DNA of 64,000 nt from NCBI GenBank assembly GCA_030248215.1, contig JASANG010001409.1, forward strand, positions 186,001 through 250,000. Reading direction: 5' to 3'. A program made the translations under genes and the position numbers. The stretch is from Enoplolaimus lenunculus (lineage: Eukaryota). Below the pieces are notes generated by a model. That model did no database searches. It was not told the DNA's origin and saw nothing but the letters and a program-made list of their open reading frames with translations. This document shows positions 41,601-53,216 of this stretch, piece by piece (within the stretch, counting starts at the first letter, position 1; every line of letters begins with the position of its first letter).

Positions 41601-44600
41601 CTTGAAGCAATATGCAGGACACGCCTAAATTTAGAAAGAATGACTGAGTTAGAGATTTTTTAGATCGACCTGGTTCATAATACTATTTTTCAGGACCATC
41701 AATTTGAACATTGTAGCTGAATTTCTGTTGAAAAACGCTAAATGTGAAAAATAATCGTAGACATTATGCTTTTATCGACTAGCAAGTTCACTGTTTACAT
41801 CAGAATGTATGGCTGACTATGACAAGTATTGCGTGTGAATATTTCATTGTAGGCTGTCATACTCTCGAGAAAATCACACGTTGCTACCGTCAACTGATGT
41901 AAATTTTTGAATTTGAATTTAATTTACGTTTAATATAAATAGAGCTGGAACACACACAATGAGCAGTTTAGGCTTTCATTTGGTTTTTGTGCTTATAATT
42001 CCGCGAACACAAAAATGGCAGAACAAACTAATCTGCAACGACTGTATTAAACAGTAGGAGCACAGCTTTGATCTGGGACACTTGGGTTACACAATATTGC
42101 AATAATTATGTAATTTGCATGCGTTAGTAATATTAGTGAGAGAGTGAACGATAGATTCTTCTAATAAACTGGTGTTGAAACCTAATGATTTCAATTCAAA
42201 TTGAGTTTAAACAGATTAATAAGTTCAGTTTGGATACTGGCGTGATTACGACTGTGATAAAACGGCCTATGCAGAAAAAAGGCGACATCTGGTTATTGAG
42301 CAAAGTTTTTCGCATTGGAAATCTGCCTGTTTATTTGCGAATTGTGCCTATATTTTGAACCGGTATTTTCAATTGCGCGTTGCGTTAGAATAATCTGATT
42401 GCATCCCAATTAACAATAATATGTAAACCGTTTTTAGGATATGCCGACACACCGGCTTGTACTTTATAACCTCCGTGGTGCTTGGACAAAGCCAAACCAA
42501 GAAGTAGTTCTCGCTATATTGGATGGATTTCAAAGGTCAAAGGTATTTTTGGTTTCTTGTATTGTTCATATTGTTTAACCTGATTTTTCTGGCGAGAAGT
42601 GTTTGAGGACCAATTATTAATATATCTTGGTCTGGTTTTTGTTTGCATATTCTGTCCGCGTCATTTTTTGTGTATTTCGTGGAAACTCAGCGTGTAAATT
42701 TGTAGGAGTCTATCAACATCTTGTACTTATTTAAGCTTTTGTCTTTAGCATACGTTGGTGTCGAATCGGTCAGTGAAAAAGCTGAGATTAATACTGAGAC
42801 CATGTCTACATTTGGGTGCAGGCTTGATACTGAGGTCGATTCGTTTATCGCAAGCCCATGAGTTAGATCATTGTTTGGTATTGGTTAGTTTGGTACTTCT
42901 GATGAATAGTAACCAACGTTGGGATATCGAGTTGCCAATTTACTCAATACGGATTGAGATCCAGAATTGCATTACATAAACGATTTTTTGATTATATTTC
43001 ATTTACCTACCTAATTTTTAGGTTCTGCGGCAAAATTTGTCAACTGAAGCTTTGAAAGCGTTCAGGCCAAGTGATGAAAGTGTAAGTTTGGTTATGTTTG
43101 TGTTTTGGGGACTCGAACTATTTCAATGACGGAACGAAGAAATTTTGGGATGTTTTGATGCTGAAATTAAAATGTTGTCGTACCATAAATTATTTTTCAC
43201 ATTTTTTCAGAGTTCGATGAAATTTCGATTCAGCTGGAAAGGTATTGCTGATAGCTTGATAGTGTTGACTTATATAAACTTAAAGGTTCTTTTTCAAAAT
43301 CAATTTTTTATAAGATAACATAGTGTTATAAGAACTTGTGTGACGCTGTTGTAGAATGCAGAAATTGTTGTAAATGTAACTTATGTTTTAGAAAACTCCT
43401 CGTCATTCAGTGCTACTATCATCAGCTGCAGGCTCTACTACTCGGCTTATTGAACATTCTTCGGGACCACCTGGGCTTTCGAATTCGTTTAATAACGGGA
43501 CGGTCGCAATGGGTGCTGGTTACTTTGATACAAGTTCGCAGCCACCTGCAGGATTTTCAGGCGGACCATCTTCTAATTCAAAATCGCAAGATAACAATGG
43601 ATCGCAGGCTGCTGCACTGCTTCAACGATTAATACAAGAATCGTCGTCGAAATTTGTCGCGTTTGCAGAAGACGTAAATGTAAGTTACAGTTATTATTAT
43701 TTCAAGGTTTGCTTTCAAATTTTTAGTTGCGAGTAGAGTGCAAAAGCTCGAATTACTTGCTTCAGCAACAACTGTTGTAAATTTAAGTATCGCATTTGTC
43801 ATACTCTGTCGGTTTGAAAACCTATCGTTAACCGATGATAGTCTGTTGGTTTAGTCCTGTTTTAAAAACCCGGTGCATAATCTCGAAACATTTGTTTTCC
43901 ATTGCGCTTTTAGTTGCTGGAATCTTAATGTTTTGATTCGGATGCTGTATTGTTTCATTTTGCACCATGGGGTAAAGCAGGTGCGTAGCAGCAGGGTCAA
44001 AAGAGGGCGTTTACGCTAAGGCACAATAGCTGACGGTGAAAAAATACCTGCGAACGAAACAGTCAGGAGCCGTGTGCAATTTTAGTAAATTGTGTGGTAG
44101 GCACTACTTAATTATTTTTTTCATACGACTTTTTTCTATATTTTGGCCCGTGCAAAATCGTTTGTCCGTAAAAATCAAGGGAACACCACCCTCCGGTTTG
44201 TGCAGCACTAAGGTCCAACGATAGTTTCGGGTCTGGTCATAGTGTTACAGGCTGATGAAATGCCAACTGAACAGTTGCACGGTGTTATGCTATGCGGCGA
44301 TGATGATGTACTGCACAGGACTTGGCATTTTGAGCTAATTAATGGTCAGGTGGCGCTTCAAGGCCCTGAATCTTCCGGATACGTGCTTTGTTGTGCTGGA
44401 AGGGCTGAAATTTCGTGTCGAATTCACAATCCTGTCTGGAAGCAACAGCAACTGCTAGGTAAAACAACATGGACCGGAGCATTGCATAGCATACAATATT
44501 ATGCAACTTTGTTTGCGGAAAATTCCCCATCTGAAACTTGTATCAGCAGTACTTCTGCGACTGGCAACTTGAAACGAAGGAATATGAAAAATGTTCAGTG

Positions 44601-47600
44601 GTTGCCGAGAGAGGTAATTGTTGGTCGCGAGGGTAGGTCAGTGTCGGCGAATGTGGTTGAAAGCGTTGTTGGAATTGGTGAGTCTGTAGGTGGAGTGCTT
44701 ACCGAGGTTCCTGTTTCGTTGGACGAGTCTAAAAATACGTCAAATACCGATAGTACTGGCTTACTATCTGGCTCGCAACCTGGTCTGGACGGCGATTCAA
44801 GTCAAGGGGGTGGGCTGGTGTTACCTCATCAATTGCAGAGAATTATAAGCCGATGCAGTTGTCAGTTGTATTTTTGCCATTTTCAAGATTCTTTCGATGA
44901 CCCTGTCCTGATTGAATTTGCGTCGCCTCCGAGTCAAACTGAAGACTCGATGAGTTTATGGCACCACGCCAAAGAGTATGTGGATTGTTTTACCGTAAAG
45001 CATAATTCGTTAATTGGTTGTACCAATAGTGCACAATATGAAATGATTATTGATATTGTGAATAATTTAATTTTGTTTGTTGATCCGAAGAAAAAAGAAT
45101 ACGCCGAACGAGCGCAACGTTTACGATTTCAACTACAGTTGACATCAGTTGAAGATATTAGACCGCGGATATTGCAAGTTCAAAACGAAGTCCGAGAATT
45201 ACAAGCGGCGCAACGATACTTTGAAAGACAGGTGTTTCATTTAAATCGACAACTTGGTGAGTCTCCTACAGATTCTGAGCTTCGACATCGCCTGTACGAG
45301 CTGGATACACAAGTAGACCATTGTAAACGCGAGCTAACTTTGCGTAGCGATGACTTAGCGATGCTTATTAATTGTTATAAGCAAAAACAAGTACAAACCG
45401 CGTGGCAAACGAGCACTAAAGTCTTATCAGATCATTTGGATCAAGCTGCGATTGCTCGCAGGTTTGAAGTTTGTTTTGAAGACGCTCAATGGCGATTGAC
45501 AGAAACTGACGGTCAACTTGGGTTGGGTCAAATGCAAATTCAAAATTTTCTCTACACCAGAGTTGCGCGAGTCAATAATTCTGGTGATCATTTAGTTGAA
45601 ATTGGCTATGTGAAAATTGAAAATTTACTACCTAATTCGCCGTTTAAAGATGTGCTTCAGCCGCAAAAAGCTATTGGTCGGTTGGCTGGGGATCGCCAAC
45701 TGGCGGTTCGAGTTATCTGTCGTGAAATGGCACCGGTAGGTGGAATACCGGTTAAAGAACACTTTGAAATCAATGTTGTTCCGATGACTGTTCAGCTGAC
45801 GTATGCGTTTTTCACTGCAATGATGCGATTTTTCTTTCCAAATCGGAATATTGAAGCCGGTGATCAAATGTCGAGTGGTGCTGCTGTAGCTGGTGCAGGA
45901 AGTACCGCTAGTGCTAGTTTGGCTAGCTCACATACTACCTCGGGACTCACTGGGTCGCTTAATGTGTCTTCTGCTACGGGTAATGGTACAGGGATTGTGC
46001 CTGGAAGCGTAGATGAGACGACTGGTGTAGTAGCGGTTAGCACAAGTGGGTCCATAGCTGGTACTTCTGGACTAGTCGGTCAAAACTCAACTGTTGGAGC
46101 AGGAGATGATGTCAAGGATGGGTCGTTGAAGTCAAAGGTATTCATTTTACCCAGTATAATAATAATCCAGACGGTATCAGTATGTCAAAATTTAAAAGAG
46201 TAAACTTGTAGTGTTTTACGCGTGCTAAATATCTTTGCTTAACATAGTTGGAGCTGCAATTTCAATGAAAGGGGTATCGAAATTGTTGTGTACGTTTCGA
46301 AGTTGTGAGGTTATCTGGGATAATCAGCGGAAAGAAACGTTGAATAGTCTGTAAAAAAATTTCATTTACGTTACATACAACGTTGATAAACATTTATCCG
46401 ATGTTTATTTGAAGAAATGTATTCTAATATTGTTTTATTATTTCAGCAATCGAAATTCAAGTCAACACCTGGCAAGAAGAAAAAGGCACAAAGTGGTAAA
46501 GATAATTGGGATGATATTGATAAAATGAAGGTATTATATTGTTTTTCGAATGTGATCGTTTGTTTGTATGGACACTGATTATTATTATTATTCAAAACTG
46601 TAAGGAAATTCAACGTGTCACTTGTGTTGTGCATAGTTGTTGCAAAGTAATATTGCGTGTCAATAATTATTATTGAAGCTTCGGATTCAATGATTTGAAA
46701 GTTATAGGATGGTGTTAAAGGCAAATTATAGAAAATGTAGACCTGTGAACGTTTTACGGAAATTTCCCGCGTTCTGCTTGAATACCGCACGAGGAACCGC
46801 ATAATTTGCCAAAAGTCATTAAATAAAGCATTGTTGTTTGCGTACATAAAAAATATGAATGCAGTATTGGTGATCAAAATTTTAGAGTAACTTAAAGCTG
46901 TATTTTATTTTAAAGTGCGGTGAAGGGCCGTCCATCGATACACGTCGTAAGTAACAAAAAAATATTGAAGGCAACGCGCTGCATGCCGAAATTGTGTTCT
47001 TTAATGTGGTGCCCGACCGCGTCCGTTTGGCGACGCAAACCGAACGTAGCGAAACTTTTATTGTGATACGAAACGGCTTTATTTTTATCTATGAACGCTT
47101 GTATTTTGAAATGATTTTATTTATTCTAGAATCGGGCAGCGAAGAACAACATATTTCTTTATATCAAAATTCCAGAAGTTCCGTTTTTGCTGAGTTACAA
47201 GGTAGCACTTTTTATATATGCCGATATGCCGTGTTGTTGAGCCATTCTTCCGCTTAATATCGTTTAAAAACAAACGGTTAAAAACAAGTTTTGTCTGTAT
47301 AACAAATCCGTTTGTGAAAAATTTACTTTGTTTTGCTTCTAATATTTTTGGCTATAACTTTAGTAGGCAACCGTCTACTTATGAGTTCATTTTATAGACT
47401 TTGCTATAGGTTTTGCCTTGACAGACATGGCCTAGCAGGGTTCTGGCTACTTAAATGTCGGGCAAACATTATGTCTGTTATAGGGTGAAAAAGAAAAGAA
47501 CATCGAAGATGTAATGTGTTTTCAATTTATGTTTCCTGAACTTGAATATCATGATCGCAATTGGACATGGCTTGATTTTGCACTTGCAATTAAACAACGA

Positions 47601-49029
47601 TCTAAACGCGCATTATTGCAACAGGTATTTTCTGTGTTTTAATGCAGTACCATTGCAGAGCCCTTCACGAAAATGTTGCTGCACTTGAGGTCAGGAGGCT
47701 GTAACCTACGACGTATTAATGTGTTTGCAGCCTGTATGGGACCACTAGATTGTAGACATCCTGATATTGTGTCGGGATTGAATATTGTACGTCATACGTT
47801 GCATTAGATCTAAGGAATACTACGCAGCATAATTTTTGCTAGATTTGTGCTGATAAATAAATCGAGGCTCAGAAAGCAAGACAGGTAATTTTGCTGAAGG
47901 TATTGAACTTTTGAATAAAGTTGTTGATTATATCATTATTACTTAGTTTATTACTGCATGGTTTGTATTATTTTAATATTGTTATAATTGTGTTTTTAGT
48001 TTATTGTCAAAAATGTGCTCAAGAAAGGGAAAGGAACTAATGCGTCAAAAACGAAACTTGACCAAGAAGAATTTGCCACGTTACCCGAAGAAGACAAAGC
48101 TCGGCTGTTGTTTGGCACAAAATTAATGGTACGTTTCTTTTAAATTAATTTTCAAAATGCATTATTTTTAGACGGAACGGCAATGAAAATAAATACATTA
48201 ATTTATTTGAGTCTGCTTTCGGACTGAGTACTTGTGCTGCCACTGAATATTGCATTTATCATCACCGGTTCTTGCACACTTCCCCCAACAAACTTAAACC
48301 TAAACCCAAACCTAACGCTTGAGCCTATTAAACCTTAAGCGTTCATCCTGAGTTGCGTCAAAATCTATTAATTTCGAAAATTGTGGGTGGAAGTGTACAA
48401 GAGCCTTTCACCATCACGTGATAATTTGGCACTTAGTGCAAACCGGTAGCGATATCAGGATTCAACAGAAATTTCGGTTCCGGCAAAAATGCGGTATTTT
48501 ACACTATCCAAAGCCAGCATTGAATCCGGCAACTCTTCACCGGAATTGTCCGGTATTTTTTCACCGGGATTCTTTGGTATTTTCAGTGTTCAAAATATTT
48601 ATTTTATAGTTTAAGAGTAAAACTGACATCCTAAGTTACTTTTATTACAATTTCTAACTGTATATTATCAAGCTTTCAGATTGTGTCATAGGTACTTCAC
48701 ACTAAAATTACCAAAAATCGAATGTTTGCAGGCAAAGAAATAAGAAAACACCTAAGGATTTCGTAGCATTATGTTCAAAAAAAAATAGTAAGAAACCTTG
48801 CGTACTACCGCTAGCAACAGTTTCTTTAGTACTTTAATAAATTATTAAAGAATTTAACGGTAACAGGTATTTTTCACTTTCCTGTTCCGGTATTTTGTAC
48901 TTCCGATTGCGCCGTGGCAGGTTTGCAGAAACCAGAATAATTAGATAATACTGATATTCTTTCTGCTTTTAGGGAGCACCGGATAAGTCTTCAAAGAGCT
49001 ACAAGGGGAGTGGTCGAAATGTTAAATAA
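5676..49029 (+). CDS. BLTP2: Bridge-like lipid transfer protein family member 2 (KIAA0100 / Hobbit / FMP27 family), 42 exons, about 2541 aa
   Basis: Hand-built GT-AG exon chain, total 7626 nt (divisible by 3): 5676-5728, 6837-6960, 7536-7585, 8080-8308, 8906-9024, 10785-10845, 11008-11094, 11532-11577, 12073-12301, 12791-12953, 13709-13854, 14424-14648, 15552-15690, 16512-16815, 17132-17238, 17748-17888, 19457-19583, 20316-20451, 20861-20972, 21463-21554, 21891-21960, 22271-22432, 22893-22986, 23391-23604, 23987-24159, 24531-24629, 36859-37031, 37388-37675, 39166-39488, 40390-40684, 40973-41098, 41503-41552, 41853-41898, 42438-42542, 43022-43081, 43392-43679, 44251-46137, 46447-46530, 47130-47201, 47484-47624, 48000-48128, 48973-49029. 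It has an N-terminal hydrophobic anchor ([17 protein letters not shown]) and family motifs [119 protein letters not shown]. Poorly conserved exons 8-18 and the last exon are less certain. Confidence 0.93.
5755..5961. repeat. Nested inverted duplication (double hairpin) in BLTP2 intron 1
   Basis: 5755-5790 is inverted at about 5849-5884, and about 5791-5870 is inverted at 5885-5961. Confidence 0.85.
6106..6353. mobile_element. hAT-like MITE rich in CCGG subterminal motifs
   Basis: TIRs CAGGGTGCGACC / GGTCGCACCCTG with 8-bp TSD GTATATAC / GTATATAT. Related ends at about 3777-3911, 6500-6549, 15962-16344, 19659, 25795 and 35580-35648. Confidence 0.75.
6555..6797 (-). mobile_element. Telomeric-repeat-bearing MITE, family A
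   Basis: Reverse copy of 2782-2994 with a (TTAGGC/TTATGC)n core and 8-bp TSD CTGATATC / CCGATATC. Confidence 0.8.
7130..7476. mobile_element. PIF/Harbinger (Tourist)-like MITE
   Basis: TIRs GGCTGGGTTT / AAACCCAGCC, 3-bp TSD AAT, internal ACTTAAGT motifs. Truncated copy at about 11595-11760. Confidence 0.65.
9496..9758 (-). mobile_element. piggyBac-like MITE (second copy, BLTP2 intron 5)
   Basis: Reverse complement of 52668-52930, with TTAA on both sides (9492-9495 and 9759-9762). Confidence 0.75.
9921..10035. repeat. Small GC-rich TIR element
   Basis: CTGGCTTCTCCACAG / CTGTGGAGAAGCCAG perfect inverted termini, flanked by TTTAA on both sides. Confidence 0.6.
13231..13404. mobile_element. 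Short TIR MITE (Tc1/mariner-like)
   Basis: Inverted arms TTGCGTTTTTGGC..CCCCC / GGGGG..GCCAAAAACGCAA with CCGG termini next to TA. Confidence 0.5.
14852..15274 (+). mobile_element. Internally deleted copy of the same HINE/DINE-1-like element, opposite orientation
   Basis: Starts ATTATTGAGCGAAA and ends TTCGCTCAATAAATGTAGTCCCACTACGACTGGTA, the reverse complement of about 17905-17945. The interior matches the central repeats at about 18450-18790. Confidence 0.75.
17904..19006 (-). mobile_element. Non-autonomous Helentron (DINE-1/HINE-like) with central ~165-bp tandem repeats
   Basis: Subterminal inverted repeats TATTGAGCGAA / TTCGCTCAATA at about 17933 and 18995. (GTCC/GTCT)n microsatellite near the 5' end (18933-18957), stem-loop GTAGTC-G-GACTAC (17917-17929) at the 3' end, and repeat units starting TATGCAAATT at 17973, 18127, 18303, 18457, 18631, 18798. 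Confidence 0.75.
25957..27097 (-). mobile_element. Defective Tc1/mariner-superfamily transposon, DD41D (rosa/Visitor) type
   Basis: Minus-strand 5' end reads TA|CAGTGTGTTCCAGAAGTC (TA at 27098-27099). Transposase fragments run from ATG 26971 to stop 25991. The 3' TIR is not clearly recognisable. Confidence 0.85.
25991..26971 (-). pseudogene. DD41D transposase pseudogene (HTH region + DDD catalytic domain)
   Basis: Fragments [55 protein letters not shown], (W->TGA)[24 protein letters not shown] count 41 residues between D of HDG and D of PPD. Several stops and frameshifts. Confidence 0.88.
26683..32989. repeat. Tandem array of four ~1.6-kb units (26683-28119, 28120-29744, 29745-31369, 31370-32989)
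   Basis: Identical junction ACTTTCAAG|TGGAGGGAAG at 28120, 29745 and 31370. Unit lengths are 1437, 1625, 1625 and 1620 bp. Unit 1 has a 188-bp deletion at about 27186. The ORF track repeats with a 1625-bp period. Confidence 0.97.
28664..29287 (-). pseudogene. LINE ORF1-like / FP25K-like relic (other copies about 27187-27662, 30289-30912, 31914-32533)
   Basis: Coiled-coil-like stretch followed by [17 protein letters not shown] and GYKY motifs, typical of non-LTR retrotransposon ORF1 RRM/CTD. Interrupted by a stop after FEGC and, in units 1-3, a frameshift. No ORF2/RT seen. Confidence 0.6.
38520..38820 (-). mobile_element. Diverged fragment of the HINE/DINE-1-like family
   Basis: Contains CACCCGAAAACCCTT, TATGCAAATTAGG and AAAATCGGTCCAGCAGTTCTTGAGATTTT..CAGACACGGACAG, similar to 18700-18990. 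Confidence 0.55.
44251..46137 (+). CDS. BLTP2: BLTP2 exon 37 (1887 nt), C-terminal RBG / Apt1-like region
   Basis: 653-aa ORF 44242-46203 trimmed by acceptor gtgttacag at 44250 and donor gtattc at 46138. Contains [37 protein letters not shown] and [12 protein letters not shown]. Confidence 0.92.
48267..48405. mobile_element. Short GG-ended TIR element with CCTAAA/CCTAAC telomere-like core
   Basis: GGTTCTTGCACACTTCC ... GGAAGTGTACAAGAGCC inverted termini. TSD unclear. Confidence 0.5.
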
Positions 49030-51248
49030 ATACAGACCGGTAACTGTCGAAAGGTTGAAACAATTTTTACTGCGTAGTCAGGCTGGCTTTGATTGGTTAA
49101 AGCTGTGCGGTGAAGCGTTATCCTTCAGTCTCGACGCTGAAGGTTTTAGTCTATTTTACCGTGTTTAGTGCAAAATTTGCGAAATTCTTTAACTCAACTA
49201 ATAATGGCTCTTGTTGAATTTTGTTAATTTTATGTTTGGCTTTGTTTCGAATATTTTTAAATGGCTTTGATCTGCGCTGTTTAGAAGCAAAGTCCAGTGT
49301 GAGCGTGTTAGAGTTTCGACTGTGATGAAATTTTAATCAGGGGGCGCTGCCTCGTTTTGAAATAGGTCCGTGGCCAGCTAAACGTTATCAGGATTATGCG
49401 GCTTGATATGTTACCGCACATTTTGTGCTTAAATATGTATACAATCTGTGATTAAAGCAGAGTAAAAGTTTATTGTGGTGCAAGATAATGTAAAACTCGA
49501 ACTAAATCCGGATAGCAGTGTGGACGTCATTTAATCTTTCATATCCGGATATCCAACAATTCTTGCCGGTTGTTTATCTGGATATCCGAAATCAGATTTT
49601 TCATTTCGGATATTTGGAAGATAATTTTGAGCTTGTCAGGTTTTCGAAGCTCAGCTTTTGTTCATTAAGCGCATCGTTAAGCTGGCCTAAGATGCAACAA
49701 TATTAACAGAACCTTTCGGATGCCTAAGTTACCTGTATCTGTTGCCATTATAGAAATACCGGTGAGGCGAAATTGGATAGTTAAAATGATGTTTAATTTG
49801 CTAATTTTAGGATATTATATTTGGAATGGTTAGTGTTGTGTTATCTTTTGGTTTTACGCTTATTTTTACAAAATCTCGTCAATTTTTTCATCAACATTGT
49901 GCCAAAAGCTAAAGCGAAACTCATCAAACAAAATACGTTGGGAAAATTGTGATATATTTCTCTACCGAAATTGCTGATCGGATTCGGAGGTGTAATTTTC
50001 GCCTAAGCCGGCGGCAGACCTCTGGTTGTACTCTGGTATCTTTGAAAACTATACTATCCGTAATTTTAACTATTCAAAAAATATTTGAAGTTTAAGACAG
50101 TTACTTATATCTTATACGGACTCCAAACACATATGTCTTGAATTCCAGGCTTTTATTTCTTAAATTATTCTGAAATGTGGGATTGAAATTTTTCCGACTG
50201 AACAGTCTGAAATTTAACACTTTTTTTCGTGATCGATTAAGAGAAAAAATTTGTGAAATATAAGGCGAAATTTTTGAAATTAAGACAGATTTGTCTGATC
50301 CTATTTATCTAACGGTCAATTTTGAAATATGTTTTAAAAGTTTAGTTTTTAGTGGCCGGAAGCTCAGTACTTACATTAATTTCTAAACGATTAGGCAATT
50401 GCAGTGCGTTTAATGTTGCGTTGCATCAAGAACAGGAGCGATATTTATACTGATATTGTTGCTACAGTAAAAAGATAAATTTTGAAGATTATGCAAAATT
50501 TTGTTACCGAAATTGTCGGAACCTCCGGCAAAAATTCCACCGCAGCCGGAGTCAGAGCAGACGTCCGATTGTACTTTACCGTGGCTTGCTGTGTTTTACA
50601 ATGCTCTTGCGATCACAAGTGTGATTACTCCAAAAAATTCACTAGCTATAGGTCAAAATGATGTGTTTGCGACAATTATTCTGAGTGTCAAACAAACTCA
50701 GAACCAACGAGCGTAGTTTATTTGTAACAATTTTATGACGTGATCCAAATAAGGTTAAAAAGTAGACTTAAAATTTACAAAAAAATGTTTTTTTGCATTC
50801 AATACTTGCATTTGTTCGATAAATACCGCAAGCGAAAAAATTCTAAATTAGGAAGCTAAGACATTATTTTTTTATGTCATGATTTAAAATTCTAAGCACG
50901 GAAACTGTATAAATCATCAAATCTTAAGACATTTAAAATTGTGGCTTAAAACTTTAGAAAAATTATTCTTCTAATTGAGAATTTTTATTATTGCAACGTC
51001 CAAGTTTTAGTTTTCATTTTTGAAATTGAATTTTCAACTGAATTAAACCGTTTTTTGATACAACAAAAGGTTGAAAAATGAACAAAGCAAAATTTTGCTG
51101 GACGACATCAATTGCTTTAGTTGTGTTAAGTTCTTTGTTATGCGTGGCAGAAGCGTCACGTTTCGCCCGGTCCTCTTTTGGAAGTATAGAAAAGTAAGTA
51201 TTATGGCCAATATGTTTACAACAGGGTAGAATTATAAGTATAAGCGTA

Positions 51249-51459
51249 CACTGCAAAAAATGATGGATCAAATTGACTCTCTTCGAAATAGACTCTACGG
51301 GACCACACAAACAGAGTGAAATGTGACTCCAGCACAGTCAAATTCGTCTAACTCTGAATTGCACGTTTGAATCTGGCGGAGTCGAAATTGGACTCAATTT
51401 GTGTAGTTCCGAAAAGCCTATTTCGAAGAGAGTCAATTTACTCACCATTTTTTGCAATG
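51249..51459. mobile_element. CACTG-terminated (CMC/EnSpm-like) MITE
   Basis: TA|CACTGCAAAAAATG..TTGACTCTCTTCGAAATAG with its inverse ending CATTTTTTGCAATG|TA. Partial copy at about 54392-54440. Confidence 0.65.
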
Positions 51460-52243
51460 TAGTGCGGGTGACGGACGGTGATGGACAGAGCCGGACGGCG
51501 CCGGACGTCGAGTATAGAGCAACCCTAATTCGACAGGCATTGCGGTGCTCGTTCGGTTTAGATAGCAAACATCAGGCAACAGAATATTTGCAAAATTTTT
51601 TTATATCGGATTCAGAATGTCCTATAGACTTTCCAAAAATATACATTTTGACCATCCAATGAAAGATTTCCCCATTTTTTTAACTTTTATGGGGAGACCC
51701 CAGGTTGAACATACCGAAAACAGACATTGTTCGAACCAACTGTGCAGAGATAACTGTATAATTACAGCTTTCAGCTATATATCATCAATACTAAATTGAG
51801 TTATTCCTGACAAACTAAACTGTATCAAAAATCATTTTACTTGTTAGCGTTTAGACACTCGAGGCTCGCGGTTTAAAATGTGGCGGTCCGAAACACCTGT
51901 TGTCCTTTTACAATAGCGGGTAACGTTTTGTCTGCACATCCGCAGTCAAGTTCAAAACAATTTTACAGTACATTGATTTTATTCGCTTTTTCACTCATAC
52001 AATAAAACAGTTTTTACAAATTCAAGTTTTTCTACATTATCTGGGTTCAAGTTTTTTAATGAAAATTTGAGGAGGGTAGGGAATCACATTTTTTCTACTC
52101 TCGCTTTGAAATTCTTTACCCGCGTGTATACCCGTTCTCAATATTATCTTACCCGTCACGTCTCGTGTTTACCCATGGGTATCCGCTGGTAACGTGGAGC
52201 TGTGGCCGGAATCACTCCAGCTGGAAAAGGGTTAACTACAGTT

Positions 52244-52509
52244 CAGGGCACAGCCGGAGGTAAAAAATACCTCGGGGCGAATTGTAAAGTTGTTTGGTTT
52301 TACGCTAATTTTCTACGAAATTTTGGAAATGCTTTTCTGAAAATTGTGACAAAAGTAAAAACGAAACGCGCTAAACAGATAAATTTTCCAAAATTATGCA
52401 AAATGTTACAACCGAAATTGTCGGAATCTCCGGCAAAAAAATCTAGCGGAGCCGGAACCGGAAACCGATTTTCTACCGGAGCCGGAGGCAGACCTCCGGT
52501 TGTACTCTG
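52244..52509. mobile_element. hAT-like MITE
   Basis: CAGGGCACAGCCGGAGG ... CCTCCGGTTGTACTCTG with a perfect 8-bp TSD CTACAGTT. Fragments at about 49960-50035 and 50470-50580. Confidence 0.8.
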
Positions 52510-52667
52510 CTACAGTTTAACGGTTTGTTTACATACATTTAAGTTCACCGTTTTTACAAAGAATGAGAAAACAACTGGCGGTTCGAAATGCGAACGATGA
52601 CTGCGAGTATGATGATACTCAAGAAGCACCAGGAATGATACTTAAACCACCACGAATTGGTGCTTAA

Positions 52668-52930
52668 CCCCTTCTCACATTGAGTTGCCTACAGGCTACT
52701 CAGCGCAGTGTATATACGTTAAATAGTATATATCACACCGTGTTTAACAATTGCAACACGTATACATAGTACTAAATCACCACAAGACTTGAAAGCCCCC
52801 TCGGGCTCGAGCGTCAAGCTCCTATAGCTGAGTGGTGATGGTATACGCCTCCCACTCCAGTCACTGGAGTTCGAATCCTAGCATAAAAGTATGTCTCAGG
52901 GGAAATAGAAAATATTCATGTGAGAAAGGG
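52668..52930 (+). mobile_element. piggyBac-like MITE
   Basis: TTAA|CCCCTTCTCACAT ... ATGTGAGAAAGGG|TTAA. A second copy lies on the minus strand at 9496-9758. Confidence 0.8.
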
Positions 52931-53216
52931 TTAATATTAAATGGTTGACCAGATTTGGCTGATGACTTTAATAGACCCCAGCGTTTATAGGTTGGCACCC
53001 GTTTGATGTAAACTGATCGTACTCTTAGTTGACCAAAGCTAATTTATATATTTTCTCGTTCAAGTAAAATTCAAAGTAATCCAATCGTTTAAAAAATTGT
53101 TAAACTTTGTAAAATTAATTATTTGGATTTATATTTCAAACAAGCAAAGTGTAGGAAAACTTAGTGCTATCCGCATTCGTAGTTTAACTGAATGATATTA
53201 AACATACAGGTTAAAA

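Noticed and set aside
43211..43241. Candidate 31-nt BLTP2 exon (ttttcag ... gtattg)
   Set aside because: It would frameshift between two phase-0 exons that already join correctly. It cannot be excluded as a poison exon without RNA data.
47843..47884. Candidate BLTP2 exon
   Set aside because: In-frame stop after 5 codons; exons 40 and 41 join directly.
52818..52890. Functional tRNA gene
   Set aside because: Acceptor and anticodon stems do not pair, and it lies within a MITE.
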